A stretch of 64,000 nucleotides of DNA from Eledone cirrhosa. Its lineage: Eukaryota. A program made the position numbers and the translations under genes. The first letter of the stretch is position 1. Each line of letters starts with the position of its first letter. The notes beneath the pieces are model-generated. The model was not told the origin of the DNA, did not search any database, and saw nothing but the letters and a program-made list of their open reading frames with translations. The stretch is from assembly GCA_964016885.1 (NCBI GenBank), contig OZ024742.1, positions 219,728,001 through 219,792,000 on the forward strand. The letters are read 5' to 3'. Positions 15,001-33,000 of this stretch are shown here, piece after piece.

Positions 15001-18000
15001 AGTGTATGTGACTATAATATACTATATGTAACTATAATATACTATATGTGAATATAATATACTATATGTGACTATAATATACTATATGTGACTATAATAT
15101 ACTATATGTGACTATAATATACTATATTTGACTATAATATACTATATGTGACTATAATATACTATATGTGACTATAATATAGTGTATGTGACTATAATAT
15201 ATTGTATGTGACTATAATATAGTGTATGTAACTATAATATAGTTTATGTGACTATAATATATTGTATGTAACTATAATATAGTGTATGTGACTGTAATAT
15301 ATTGTATGTGACTATAATATAGTGTATGTGACTATAATATAGTGTATGTGACTATAATATAGTGTATGTGACTATAATATATTGTATGTGACTATAATAT
15401 ATTGTATGTGACTATAATATATTGTATGTAACTATAATATAGTGTATGTAACTATACTATAGTGTATGTAACTATAATATAGTGTATGTGACTATAATAT
15501 ATTGTATGTGACTATAATATAGTGTATGCAACTATAATATAGTGTATGTGACTATAATATAGTGTATGTGACTATAATATAGTGTATGTGACTATACTAT
15601 AGTGAATGTGGCTATAATATAGTGTATGTAACTATAATATAGTGTATGTGACTATACTATAGTGAATGTGACTATAATATAGTGTATGTAACTATAATAT
15701 AGTTTATGTGACTATAATATATTGTATGTAACTATAATATAGTGTATGTGACTATAATATAGTGTATGTGACTATAATATACTATATGTGACTATAATAT
15801 ATTATATGTGACTATAATATAGTGTATGTGACTATAAAATAGTCTATGTGAATATAATATAGTGTATGTAACTATAATATAGTATATATAACTTTAATAT
15901 AGTGTATGTGACTATAATATACTATATATAACTATAATATATTGTATGTGACTATAATATAGTGTATGTGACTATAATATACTGTATGTGACTATAATAT
16001 AATATATGTGACTATAATATAGTGTATGTAACTATAATATAGTGTATGTGACTATAATATATTGTATGTGACTATAATATAGTGTATGCAACTATAATAT
16101 AGTGTATGTGACTATAATATAGTGTATGTGATTATAATATAGTGTATGTAACTATAATATAGTGTATGTGACTATAATATAGTGTATGTGACTATACTAT
16201 AGTGAATGTGGCTATAATATAGTGTATGTAACTATAATATAGTGTATGTGACTATACTATAGTGAATGTGACTATAATATAGTTTATGTAACTATAATAT
16301 AGTTTATGTGACTATAATATATTGTATGTAACTATAATATAGTGTATGTGACTGTAATATATTGTATGTGACTATAATATAGTGTATGTGACTATAATAT
16401 AGTGTATGTGACTATAATATAGTGTATGTGACTATAATATATTGCATGTGACTATAATATATTGTATGTAACTATAATATAGTGTATGTAACTATACTAT
16501 AGTGTATGTAACTATACTATAGTGTATGTAACTATAATATAGTGTATGTGACTATAATATAGTGTATGTGACTATACTATAGTGTATGTGACTATACTAT
16601 AGTGTATGTAACTATACTATAGTGTATGTAACTATAATATAGTTTATGTGACTATAATATATTGTATGTAACTATAATATAGTGTATGTGACTATAATAT
16701 ATTGTATGTGACTATAATATAGTGTATGTGACTATAATATAGTGTATGTGACTATAATATAGTGTATGTGACTATAATATAGTGTATGTGACTATAATAT
16801 AGTGTATGTGACTATAATATAGTGTATGTGACTATAATATTGTGTATGTGACTATAATATAGAGTATGTGACTATAATATAGTGAATGTGACTATAATAT
16901 ACTATATGTGACTATAATATAGTGTATCTAACTATAATATAGTGTATGTGACTATAATATAGTGTATGTGACTATAATATACTATATGTGACTATAATAT
17001 ATTATATGTGACTATAATATAGTGTATGTGACTATAAAATAGTCTATGTGAATATAATATAGTGTATGTAACTATAATATAGTATATATAACTTTAATAT
17101 AGTGTATGTGACTATAATATACTACATATAACTATAATATATTGTATGTGACTATAATATAGTGTATGTGACTATAATATACTGTATGTGACTATAATAT
17201 AATATATGTGACTATAATATAGTGTATGTAACTATAATATAGTGTATGTGACTATAATATATTGTATGTGACTATAATATAGTGTATGTAACTATAATAT
17301 AGTGTATGTGACTATAATATAGTGTATGTGTCTATAATATAGTGTATGTGACTATAATATACTATATGTGACTATAATATAGTGTATGTAACTATACTAT
17401 AGTGTATGTGACTATAATTTATTGTATGTGACTATAATATAGTGTATGTGACTATAATATAGTGTATGAAACTATAATATATTGTATGTGACTATAATAT
17501 AGTGTATGTGACTATAATATAGTGTAAGTGACTATAATATACTATATGTGACAATAATATAGTGTATGTGACTATAATATACTATATGTAACTATAATAT
17601 ATTGTATGTGACTATAATATACTGTATGTGACTATAATATGTGTATGTGACTATAATATAGTGTATGTGACTATAATATAGTGTATGTGACTATAATATA
17701 GTGTATGTAACTATAATATAGTGTATGTAACTATAATATACTGTATGTGACTATACTATAGTGTAAGTGACTACAATATAGTGTATGTAACTATAATATA
17801 GTGTATGTGACTATAATATAGTGTAAGTAACTATAATATATTGTATGTGACTATAATATATTGTATGTGACTATAATATAGTGTATGTGACTATAATATA
17901 CTGTATGTGACTATAATATAATATATGTGACTATAATATAGTGTATGTAACTATAATATAGTGTATGTGACTATAATATATTGTATGTGACTATAATATA

Positions 18001-21000
18001 GTGTATGCAACTATAATATAGTGTATGTGACTATAATATAGTGTATGTGACTATACTATAGTGAATGTGGCTATAATATAGTGTATGTAACTATAATATA
18101 GTGTATGTGACTATACTATAGTGAATGTGACTATAATATAGTTTATGTAACTATAATATAGTTTATGTGACTATAATATATTGTATGTAACTATAATATA
18201 GTGTATGTGACTGTAATATATTGTATGTGACTATAATATAGTGTATGTGACTATAATATAGTGTATGTGACTATAATATAGTGTATGTGACTATAATATA
18301 TTGTATGTGACTATAATATATTGTATGTAACTATAATATAGTGTATGTAACTATACTATAGTGTATGTAACTATACTATAGTGTATGTAACTATAATATA
18401 GTGTATGTGACTATAATATAGTGTATGTGACTATACTATAGTGTATGTGACTATACTATAGTGTATGTAACTATACTATAGTGTATGTAACTATAATATA
18501 GTTTATGTGACTATAATATATTGTATGTAACTATAATATAGTGTATGTGACTATAATATATTGTATGTGACTATAATATAGTGTATGTGACTATAATATA
18601 GCGTATGTGACTATAATATAGTGTATGTGACTATAATATAGTGTATGTGACTATAATATAGTGTATGTGACTATAATATAGTGTATGTGACTATAATATT
18701 GTGTATGTGACTATAATATAGAGTATGTGACTATAATATAGTGAATGTGACTATAATATACTATATGTGACTATAATATAGTGTATGTAACTATAATATA
18801 GTGTATGTGACTATAATATAGTGTATGTGACTATAATATACTATATGTGACTATAATATATTATATGTGACTATAATATAGTGTATGTGACTATAAAATA
18901 GTCTATGTGAATATAATATAGTGTATGTAACTATAATATAGTATATATAACTTTAATATAGTGTATGTGACTATAATATACTACATATAACTATAATATA
19001 TTGTATGTGACTATAATATAGTGTATGTGACTATAATATACTGTATGTGACTATAATATAATATATGTGACTATAATATAGTGTATGTAACTATAATATA
19101 GTGTATGTGACTATAATATATTGTATGTGACTATAATATAGTGTATGTAACTATAATATAGTGTATGTGACTATAATATAGTGTATGTGTCTATAATATA
19201 GTGTATGTGACTATAATATACTATATGTGACTATAATATAGTGTATGTAACTATACTATAGTGTATGTGACTATAATTTATTGTATGTGACTATAATATA
19301 GTGTATGTGACTATAATATAGTGTATGAAACTATAATATATTGTATGTGACTATAATATAGTGTATGTGACTATAATATAGTGTAAGTGACTATAATATA
19401 CTATATGTGACAATAATATAGTGTATGTGACTATAATATACTATATGTAACTATAATATATTGTATGTGACTATAATATACTGTATGTGACTATAATATG
19501 TGTATGTGACTATAATATAGTGTATGTGACTATAATATAGTGTATGTGACTATAATATAGTGTATGTAACTATAATATAGTGTATGTAACTATAATATAC
19601 TGTATGTGACTATACTATAGTGTAAGTGACTACAATATAGTGTATGTAACTATAATATAGTGTATGTGACTATAATATAGTGTAAGTAACTATAATATAT
19701 TGTATGTGACTATAATATATTGTATGTGACTATAATATAGTGTATGTGACTATAATATACTGTATGTGACTATAATATAATATATGTGACTATAATATAG
19801 TGTATGTAACTATAATATAGTGTATGTGACTATAATATATTGTATGTGACTATAATATAGTGTATGCAACTATAATATAGTGTATGTGACTATAATATAG
19901 TGTATGTGACTATAATATAGTGTATGTAACTATAATATAGTGTATGTGACTATAATATAGTGTATGTGACTATACTATAGTGAATGTGGCTATAATATAA
20001 TGTATGTAACTATAATATAGTGTATGTGACTATACTATAGTGAATGTGACCATAATATAGTGTATGTAACTATAATATAGTTTATGTGACTATAATATAT
20101 TGTATGTAACTATAATATAGTGTATGTGACTGTAATATATTGTATGTGACTATAATATAGTGTATGTGACTATAATATAGTGTATGTGACTATAATATAG
20201 TGTATGTGACTATAATATATTGTATGTGACTATAATATATTGTATGTAACTATAATATAGTGTATGTAACTATACTATAGTGTATGTAACTATACTATAG
20301 TGTATGTAACTATAATATAGTGTATGTGACTATAATATAGTGTATGTGACAATACTATAGTGTATGTGACTATACTATAGTGTATGTAACTATACTATAG
20401 TGTATGTAACTATAATATAGTTTATGTGACTATAATATATTGTATGTAACTATAATATAGTGTATGTGACTATAATATAGTGTATGTGACTATAATATAG
20501 TGTATGTGACTATAATATAGTGTATGTGACTATAATATAGTGTATGTGACTATAATATAGTGTATGTGACTATAATATTGTGTATGTGACTATAATATAG
20601 GGTATGTGACTATAATATAGTGAATGTGACTATAATATACTATATGTGACTATAATATAGTGTATGTAACTATAATATAGTGTATGTGACCATAATATAG
20701 TGTATGTGACTATAATATACTATATGTGACTATAATATATTATATGTGACTATAATATAGTGTATGTGACTATAAAATAGTCTATGTGAATATAATATAT
20801 TGTATGTAACTATAATATAGTATATATAACTTTAATATAGTGTATGTGACTATAATATACTATATATAACTATAATATATTGTATGTGACTATAATATAG
20901 TGTATGTGACTATAATATACTGTATGTGACTATAATATAATATATGTGACTATAATATAGTGTATGTAACTATACTATAGTGTATGTGACTATAATATAT

Positions 21001-24000
21001 TGTATGTGACTATAATATAGTGTATGTGATTATAATATAGTGTAAGTGACTATAATATACTATATGTGACAATAATATAGTGTATGTGACTATAATATAC
21101 TATATGTAACTATAATATATTGTATGTGACTATAATATACTGTATGTGACTATAATATGTGTATGTGACTATAATATAGTGTATGTGACTATAATATAGT
21201 GTATGTGACTATAATATAGTGTATGTAACTATAATATAGTGTATGTAACTATAATATACTGTATGTGACTATACTATAGTGTAAGTGACTACAATATAGT
21301 GTATGTAACTATAATATAGTGTATGTGACTATAATATAGTGTATGTAACTATAATATATTGTATGTGACTATAATATATTGTATGTGACTATAATATAGT
21401 GTATGTGACTATAATATATTGTATGTGACTATAATATAGTGTATGCAACTATAATGTATTGTATGTAACTATAATATAGTGTATGTGACTATAATATAGT
21501 GTATGTGACTATAATATAGTGTATGTAACTATAATATAGTGTATGTGACTATAATATAGTGTATGTGACTATACTATAGTGAATGTGGCTATAATATAGT
21601 GTTTGTAACTATAATATAGTGTATGTGACTATAATATAGTGTATGTGACTATACTATAGTGAATGTGACTATAATATAGTGTATGTGACTATAATATACT
21701 ATATGTGACTATAATATAGTGTATGTAACTATAATATAGGGTATGTGACTATAATATAGTGTATGTTACTATAATATACTATATGTGACTATAATGTACT
21801 CTATGTAACTATAATATAGTGTATGTGACTACACTATAGTGAATGTGACTATAATATAGTGTATGTGACTATAATATAGTGTATGTGACCATAATATATT
21901 GTATGTGACTATAATATATTGTATGTGACTATAATATATTGTATGTGACTATACTATAGTGTATGTGACTATACTATACTGTATGTGACTATAATATAGT
22001 GTATGTGACTATACTATAGTGTATGTGACTATAATATAGTGTATATAACTATAATATAGTGTATGTGACTATAATATAGTGTATGTGACTATAATATAGT
22101 GTATATGACTATAATATAGTGTATGTGACTATAATATAGTGTATGTGACTATACTATAGTGTATGTGACTATAATATAGTGTATATGACTATAATATACT
22201 ATATGTGACTATAATATAGTGTATGTGACTATACTATAGTGTATGTGACTATACTATAGTGTATGTGACTATAATATAGTGTATATAACTATAATATAGT
22301 GTATGTGACTATAATATAGTGTATGTGACTATAATATAGTGTATGTGACTATAATATAGTGTATGTGACTATAATATAGTGTATATGACTATAATATAGT
22401 GTATGTGACTATAATATAGTGTATGTGACTATAATATAGTGTATGTAACTATAATATATTGTATGTGACTATAATATAGTGTATGTAACTATAATATAGT
22501 GTATGTGACTATACTATAGTGTATGTGACTATAATATAGTGCATGTGACTATAATATAGTGTATGTAACTATAATATACTATATGTGACTATCATATATT
22601 GTATGTAACTATAATATAGTGTATGTAACTATAATATAGTGTATGAAACTATAATATATTGTATGTGACTACAATATAGTGTATGTGTCTATAATATATT
22701 GTATGTGACTACACTATAGTGAATGTGACTATAATATAGTGTATGTGACTATAATATAGTGTATGTGACCATAATATATTGTATGTGACTATAATATATT
22801 GTATGTGACTATAATATATTGTATGTGACTATACTATAGTGTATGTGACTATACTATACTGTATGTGACTATAATATAGTGTATGTGACTATACTGTAGT
22901 GTATGTGACTATACTATAGTGCATGTGACTATAATATAGTGTATATAACTATAATATAGTGTATGTGACTATAATATAGTATGTGACTATAATATAGTGT
23001 ATATGACTATAATATAGTGTATGTGACTATAATATAGTGTATGTGACTATACTATAGTGTATGTGACTATAATATAGTGTATATGACTATAATATACTAT
23101 ATGTGACTATAATATAGTGTATGTGACTATACTATAGTGTATGTGACTATACTATAGTGTATGTGACTATAATATAGTGTATATAACTATAATATAGTGT
23201 ATGTGACTATAATATAGTGTATGTGACTATAATATAGTGTATGTGTCTATAATATAGTGTATGTGACTATAATATAGTGTATGTGACTATAATATAGTGT
23301 ATATGACTATAATATAGTGTATGTGACTATAATATAGTGTATGTGACTATAATATAGTGTATGTAACTATAATATATTGTATGTGACTACAATATAGTGT
23401 ATGTAACTATAATATAGTGTATGTGACTATACTATAGTGTATGTGACTATAATATAGTGCATGTGACTATAATATAGTGTATGTAACTATAATATACTAT
23501 ATGTGACTATCATATATTGTATGTAACTATAATATAGTGTATGTAACTATAATATAGTGTATGTAACTATAATATATTGTATGTGACTACAATATAGTGT
23601 ATGTGTCTATAATATATTGTATGTGACTATAATATAGTGTATGTGACTATAATATAGTGTATGTAACTATAATATAGTGTATGTGACTATAATATAATTT
23701 ATGTGACTATAATATAGTGTATGTGAATATAATATACTATATGTAACTATAATATAGTGTATGTGACTATAATATATTGTATGTGAGTATAATATAGTGT
23801 ATGTGACTATAATATAGTGTATGTGACTATACTATAGTGTATGTAACTATAATATAGTGTATGTGACTATAATATAATGTATGTGACTATAATATACTAT
23901 ATGTGTCTATAATATACTATATGTGACTATAATATACTATGTGTGACTATAATATAGTGTATGTGACTAAAATATAGTGTATGTCACTATAATATACTAT

Positions 24001-27000
24001 ATGTAACTATAACATACTATATGTGAATATAATATACTATATGTGACTATAATATAGTATATGTGACTATAATATACTATATCTGACTATAATATAGTGT
24101 ATGTGACTATAATATAAAGTATGTGACTATAATATAGTGTATGTCACTATAATATAGTGTATGTGACTATAATATACTATATGTGACTATAATATAGTGT
24201 ATGTAACAATACTATAGTGTATGTGACTATAATATATTGTATGTGACTATAATATAGTGTATGTAACTATAATATATTGTATGTGACTATAATATAGTGT
24301 ATGTGACTATAATATAGTGTATGTGACTATAATATACTATATGTGACTATAATATAGTGTATATGACTATAATATAGTGTATGTGACTATAATATACTAT
24401 ATGTAACTATAATATATTGTATGTGACTATAATATACTGTATGTGACTACAATATGTGTATGTGACTACAATATAGTGTATGTAACTATAATATAGTGTA
24501 TGTAACTATAATATAGTGTATGTGACTATAATATAGTGAATGTGACTCTAATATAGTGTATGTAACTATAATATAGTGTATGTGACTATACTATAGTGTA
24601 TGTGACTATACTATAGTGTATGTGACTATACTATAGTGTATGTAACTATAATATAGTATATGTAACTATACTATAGTGTATGTGAATATAATATATTGTA
24701 TGTAACTATACTATAGTGTATGTAACTATACTATAGTGTATGTAACTATAATATAGTGTATGTAACTATAATATAGTGTATGTGACTATAATATAGTGTA
24801 TGCAACTATAATATATTGTATGTATCTATACTATAGTGTATGTAACTATACTATAGTGTATGTGACTATACTATAGTGTATGTGACTATAATATAGTGTA
24901 TGTGACTATAATATATTGTATGTAACTATAATATATTGTACGTGACTATAATATACTGTATGTGACTATAATATACTATATGTGACTACAATATAGCGTA
25001 TGTGACTATAATATAGTGTATGTAACTATAATATATTGTATGTGACTCTAATATAGTGTATGTAACTATAATATACTGTATGTGACTATACTATAGTGTA
25101 TGTGACTATAATATAGTGTATGTGACTATAATATAGTGTATGTAACTATAATATACTATATGTGACTATCATATATTGTATGTGACTACAATATAGTGTA
25201 TGTGTCTATAATATATTGTATGTGACTATAATATAGTGTATGTGACTATAATATCGTGTATGTAACTATAATATAGTGTATGTAACTATAATGTACTATA
25301 TGTAACTATAATATAGTGTATGTAAATATAATATATTGTATGTGACTACAATATAGTGTATGTGACTATAATATATTGTATGTGACTATAATATAGTGTA
25401 TGTGACTATAATATAGTGTATGTGACTATAATATATTGTATAATTATAATATAGTGTATGTAACTATAATATAGTGAATGTGACTCTAATATATTGTATG
25501 TGACTATAATATAGTGTATATGACTATAATATAGTGTATGTGACTATAATATAGTGTATGTGACTATACTATAGTGTATGTGACTATAATATAGTGTATA
25601 TGACTATAATATACTATATGTGACTATAATATAGTGTATGTGACTATACTATAGTGTATGTGACTATACTATAGTGTATGTGACTATAATATAGTGTATA
25701 TAACTATAATATAGTGTATGTGACTATAATATAGTGTATGTGACTATAATATAGTGTATGTGACTATAATATAGTGTATGTGACTATAATATAGTGTATA
25801 TGACTATAATATAGTGTATGTGACTATAATATAGTGTATGTGACTATAATATAGTGTATGTAACTATAATATATTGTATGTGACTATAATATAGTGTATG
25901 TAACTATAATATAGTGTATGTGACTATACTATAGTGTATGTGACTATAATATAGTGCATGTGACTATAATATAGTGTATGTAACTATAATATACTATATG
26001 TGACTATCATATATTGTATGTAACTATAATATAGTGTATGTAACTATAATATAGTGTATGTAACTATAATATATTGTATGTGACTACAATATAGTGTATG
26101 TGTCTATAATATATTGTATGTGACTACACTATAGTGAATGTGACTATAATATAGTGTATGTGACTATAATATAGTGTATGTGACCATAATATATTGTATG
26201 TGACTATAATATATTGTATGTGACTATAATATATTGTATGTGACTATACTATAGTGTATGTGACTATACTATACTGTATGTGACTATAATATAGTGTATG
26301 TGACTATACTGTAGTGTATGTGACTATACTATAGTGTATGTGACTATAATATAGTGTATATAACTATAATATAGTGTATGTGACTATAATATAGTGTATG
26401 TGATTATAATATAGTGTATATGACTATAATATAGTGTATGTGACTATAATATAGTGTATGTGACTATACTATAGTGTATGTGACTATAATATAGTGTATA
26501 TGACTATAATATACTATATGTGACTATAATATAGTGTATGTGACTATACTATAGTGTATGTGACTATACTATAGTGTATGTGACTATAATATAGTGTATA
26601 TAACTATAATATAGTGTATGTAACTATAATATAGTGTATGTGACTACAATATAGTGTATGTGACTATAATATAGTGTATGTGACTATAATATAGTGTATG
26701 TGACTATAATATAGTGTATATGACTATAATATAGTGTATGTGACTATAATATAGTGTATGTGACTATAATATAGTGTATGTAACTATAATATATTGTATG
26801 TGACTATAATATAGTGTATGTAACTATAATATAGTGTATGTGACTATAATATAGTGTATGTGACTATAATATAGTGCATGTGACTATAATATAGTGTATG
26901 TAACTATAATATACTATATGTGACTATCATATATTGTATGTAACTATAATATAGTGTATGTAACTATAATATAGTGTATATAACTATAATATATTGTATG

Positions 27001-30000
27001 TGACTACAATATAGTGTATGTGTCTATAATATATTGTATGTGACTATAATATAGTGTATGTGACTATAATATAGTGTATGTAACTATAATATAGTGTATG
27101 TGACTATAATATAATTTATGTGACTATAATATAGTGTATGTGAATATAATATACTATATGTAACTATAATATAGTGTATGTGACTATAATATATTGTATG
27201 TGAGTATAATATAGTGTATGTGACTATAACATAGTGTATGTGACTATACTATAGTGTATGTAACTATAATATAGTGTATGTGACTATAATATAGTGTATA
27301 TGACTATAATATACTATATGTGACTATAATATACTATGTGTGACTATAATATAGTGTATGTGACTATAATATAGTGTATGTGACTATAATATACTATATG
27401 TGACTATAATATAGTGTATGTCACTATAATATACTATATGTAACTATAACATACTATATGTGAATATAATATACTATATGTGACTATAATATAGTATATG
27501 TGACTATAATATACTATATGTGACTATAATATAGTGTATGTGACTATAATATAAAGTATGTGACTATAATATAGTGTATGTCACTATAATATAGTGTATG
27601 TGACTATAATATACTATATGTGACTATAATATAGTGTATGTAACTATACTATAGTGTATGTGACTATAATATATTGTATGTGACTATAATATAGTGTATG
27701 TAACTATAATATATTGTATGTGACTATAATATAGTGTATGTGACTATAATATAGTGTATGTGACTATAATATACTATATGTGACTATAATATAGTGTATA
27801 TGACAATAATATAGTGTATGTGACTATAATATACTATATGTAACTATAATATATTGTATGTGACTATAATATACTGTATGTGACTACAATATGTGTATGT
27901 GACTACAATATAGTGTATGTAACTATAATATAGTGTATGTAACTATAATATAGTGTATGTGACTATAATATAGTGTATGTAACTATAATATAGTGTATGT
28001 GACTATACTATAGTGTATGTGACTATACTATAGTGTATGTGACTATACTATAGTGTATGTAACTATAATATAGTGTATGTAACTATACTATAGTGTATGT
28101 GACTATAATATATTGTATGTAACTATACTATAGTGTATGTAACTATACTATAGTGTATGTAACTATAATATAGTGTATGTGACTATAATATAGTGTATGC
28201 AACTATCATATATTGTATGTAACTATACTATAGTGTATGTAACTATACTATAGTGTATGTGACTATAATATAGTGTATGTGACTATAATATATTGTATGT
28301 AACTATAATATATTGTACGTGACTATAATATACTGTATGTGACTATAATATACTATATGTGACTACAATATAGCGTATGTGACTATAATATAGTGTATGT
28401 AACTATAATATATTGTATGTGACTCTAATATAGTGTATGTAACTATAATATACTGTATGTGACTATACTATAGTGTATGTGACTATAATATAGTGTATGT
28501 GACTATAATATTGTGTATGTAACTATAATATAATATATGTGACTATCATATATTGTATGTGACTACAATATAGTGTATGTGACTATAATATATTGTATGT
28601 GACTATAATATAGTGTATGTGACTATAATATAGTGTATGTGACTATAATATAGTGTATGTGACTATAATATAGTTTATGTAACTATAATATAGTGTATGT
28701 AACTATAATATAGTGTATGTGACTATCATATAGTGTATGTGACTATAATATATTGTATGTGACTATAATATAGTGTATATTACTATAATATAGTGTATGT
28801 AACTATAATATAGTGTATGTAACTATAATATAGTGTATGTAACTATAATATACTGTATGTTACTATAATATACTGTATGTGACTATAATATAGTGTATGT
28901 GACTATAATATATTGTGTGTAACTATAATACAGTGAATGTGACTATACTATAGTGTATGTGACTATAATATATTGTATGTGACTATAACATAGTGTATGT
29001 GACTATACTATAGTGTATGCAACTATAATATAGTGTATGTGACTATAATATAATGTATGTGACTATAATATACTATATGTGTCTATAATATACTATATGT
29101 GACTATAATATACTATGTGTGACTATAATATAGTGTATGTGACTATAATATAGTGTATGTAACTATAATATACTATATGTGATTATCATATATTGTATGT
29201 AACTATAATATAGTGTATGTAACTATAATATATTGTATGTGACTATAATATACTGTATGTGACTATAATATATTATATGTGACTATAATATATGGTATGT
29301 GACTACAATATAGTGTATGTGTCTATAATATATTGTATGTGACTATAATATAGTGTATGTGACTATAATATAGTGTATGTAACTATAATATAATGTATGT
29401 GACTATAATATAATTTATGTGACTATAATATAGTGTATGTGAATATAATATACTATATGTAACTATAATATAGTGTATGTGACTATAATATATTGTATGT
29501 GAGTATAATATAGTGTATGGGACTATAATATAGTGTATGTGACTATACTATAGTGTATGTAACTATAATATAGTGTATGTGACTATAATATAATGTATGT
29601 GACTATAATATACTATATGTGTCTATAATATACTATATGTGTCTATAATATACTATATGTGACTATAATATACTATGTGTGACTATAATATAGTGTATGT
29701 GACTATAATATAGTGTATGTGACTATAATATACTATATGTGACTATAATATAGTGTATGTGACTATAATATATTATATGTAACTATAACATACTATATGT
29801 GAATATAATATACTATATGTGACTATAATATACTATATGTGACTATAATATACTATATGTGACTATAATATAGTGTATGTGACTATAATATCTTGTATGT
29901 GACTATAATATAGTGTATGTGACTATAATATAGTGTATGTGACTATAACATACTATATGTGACTATAATATAGTGTATGTAACTATACTATAGTGTATGT

Positions 30001-33000
30001 GACTATAATATATTGTATGTGACTATAATATAGTGTATGTGACTATAATATACTATATGTGACTATAATATAGTGTATGTGACTATAATATAGTGTATGT
30101 GACTATAATAGAGTGTATGTGGCTATAATATAGTGTATGTGACTATAATAGAGTGTATGTGGCTATAATATATTGTATGTGACTATAATATACTACATGT
30201 GACTATAATATACTATATGTGACTATAATATAGTGAATGTGATTATAATATAGTGTATGTAACTATATTATACTATATGTAACTATAATATAGTGTATGT
30301 GACTATAATATACTGTATGTGACTATAATATAGTGTATGTGACTATTATATAGTGTATGTGACTATAATATAGTGTATGTGACTATAATATACTATATGT
30401 GACTATAATATACTATGTGTGACTATAATATAGTGTATGTGACTATAATATAATGTATGTGACTATAATATACTATATGTGACTATAATATAGTGTATGT
30501 GACTATAATATACTATATGTAACTATAATATACTATATGTGAATATAATATACTATATGTGACTATAATATACTATATGTGACTATAATATACTATATGT
30601 GACTATAATATACTATATTTGACTATAATATACTATATGTGACTATAATATACTATATGTGACTATAATATAGTGTATGTGACTATAATATATTGTATGT
30701 GACTATAATATAGTGTATGTAACTATAATATAGTTTATGTGACTATAATATATTGTATGTAACTATAATATAGTGTATGTGACTGTAATATATTGTATGT
30801 GACTATAATATAGTGTATGTGACTATAATATAGTGTATGTGACTATAATATAGTGTATGTGACTATAATATATTGTATGTGACTATAATATATTGTATGT
30901 GACTATAATATATTGTATGTAACTATAATATAGTGTATGTAACTATACTATAGTGTATGTAACTATAATATAGTGTATGTGACTATAATATATTGTATGT
31001 GACTATAATATAGTGTATGCAACTATAATATAGTGTATGTGACTATAATATAGTGTATGTGACTATAATATAGTGTATGTGACTATACTATAGTGAATGT
31101 GGCTATAATATAGTGTATGTAACTATAATATAGTGTATGTGACTATACTATAGTGAATGTGACTATAATATAGTGTATGTAACTATAATATAGTTTATGT
31201 GACTATAATATATTGTATGTAACTATAATATAGTGTATGTGACTATAATATAGTGTATGTGACTATAATATACTATATGTGACTATAATATATTATATGT
31301 GACTATAATATAGTGTATGTGACTATAAAATAGTCTATGTGAATATAATATAGTGTATGTAACTATAATATAGTATATATAACTTTAATATAGTGTATGT
31401 GACTATAATATACTATATATAACTATAATATATTGTATGTGACTATAATATAGTGTATGTGACTATAATATACTGTATGTGACTATAATATAATATATGT
31501 GACTATAATATAGTGTATGTAACTATAATATAGTGTATGTGACTATAATATATTGTATGTGACTATAATATAGTGTATGCAACTATAATATAGTGTATGT
31601 GACTATAATATAGTGTATGTGATTATAATATAGTGTATGTAACTATAATATAGTGTATGTGACTATAATATAGTGTATGTGACTATACTATAGTGAATGT
31701 GGCTATAATATAGTGTATGTAACTATAATATAGTGTATGTGACTATACTATAGTGAATGTGACTATAATATAGTTTATGTAACTATAATATAGTTTATGT
31801 GACTATAATATATTGTATGTAACTATAATATAGTGTATGTGACTGTAATATATTGTATGTGACTATAATATAGTGTATGTGACTATAATATAGTGTATGT
31901 GACTATAATATAGTGTATGTGACTATAATATATTGTATGTGACTATAATATATTGTATGTAACTATAATATAGTGTATGTAACTATACTATAGTGTATGT
32001 AACTATACTATAGTGTATGTAACTATAATATAGTGTATGTGACTATAATATAGTGTATGTGACTATACTATAGTGTATGTGACTATACTATAGTGTATGT
32101 AACTATACTATAGTGTATGTAACTATAATATGGTTTATGTGACTGTAATATATTGTATGTAACTATAATATAGTGTATGTGACTATAATATATTGTATGT
32201 GACTATAATATAGTGTATGTGACTATAATATAGTGTATGTGACTATAATATAGTGTATGTGACTATAATATAGTGTATGTGACTATAATATAGTGTATGT
32301 GACTATAATATAGTGTATGTGACTATAATATTGTGTATGTGACTATAATATAGAGTATGTGACTATAATATAGTGAATGTGACTATAATATACTATATGT
32401 GACTATAATATAGTGTATGTAACTATAATATAGTGTATGTGACTATAATATAGTGTATGTGACTATAATATACTATATGTGACTATAATATATTATATGT
32501 GACTATAATATAGTCTATGTGACTATAAAATAGTCTATGTGAATATAATATAGTGTATGTAACTATAATATAGTATATATAACTTTAATATAGTGTATGT
32601 GACTATAATATACTACATATAACTATAATATATTGTATGTGACTATAATATAGTGTATGTGACTATAATATACTGTATGTGACTATAATATAATATATGT
32701 GACTATAATATAGTGTATGTAACTATAATATAGTGTATGTGACTATAATATATTGTATGTGACTATAATATAGTGTATGTAACTATAATATAGTGTATGT
32801 GACTATAATATAGTGTATGTGTCTATAATATAGTGTATGTGACTATAATATACTATATGTGACTATAATATAGTGTATGTAACTATACTATAGTGTATGT
32901 GACTATAATTTATTGTATGTGACTATAATATAGTGTATGTGACTATAATATAGTGTATGTAACTATAATATATTGTATGTGAATATAATATAGTGTATGT

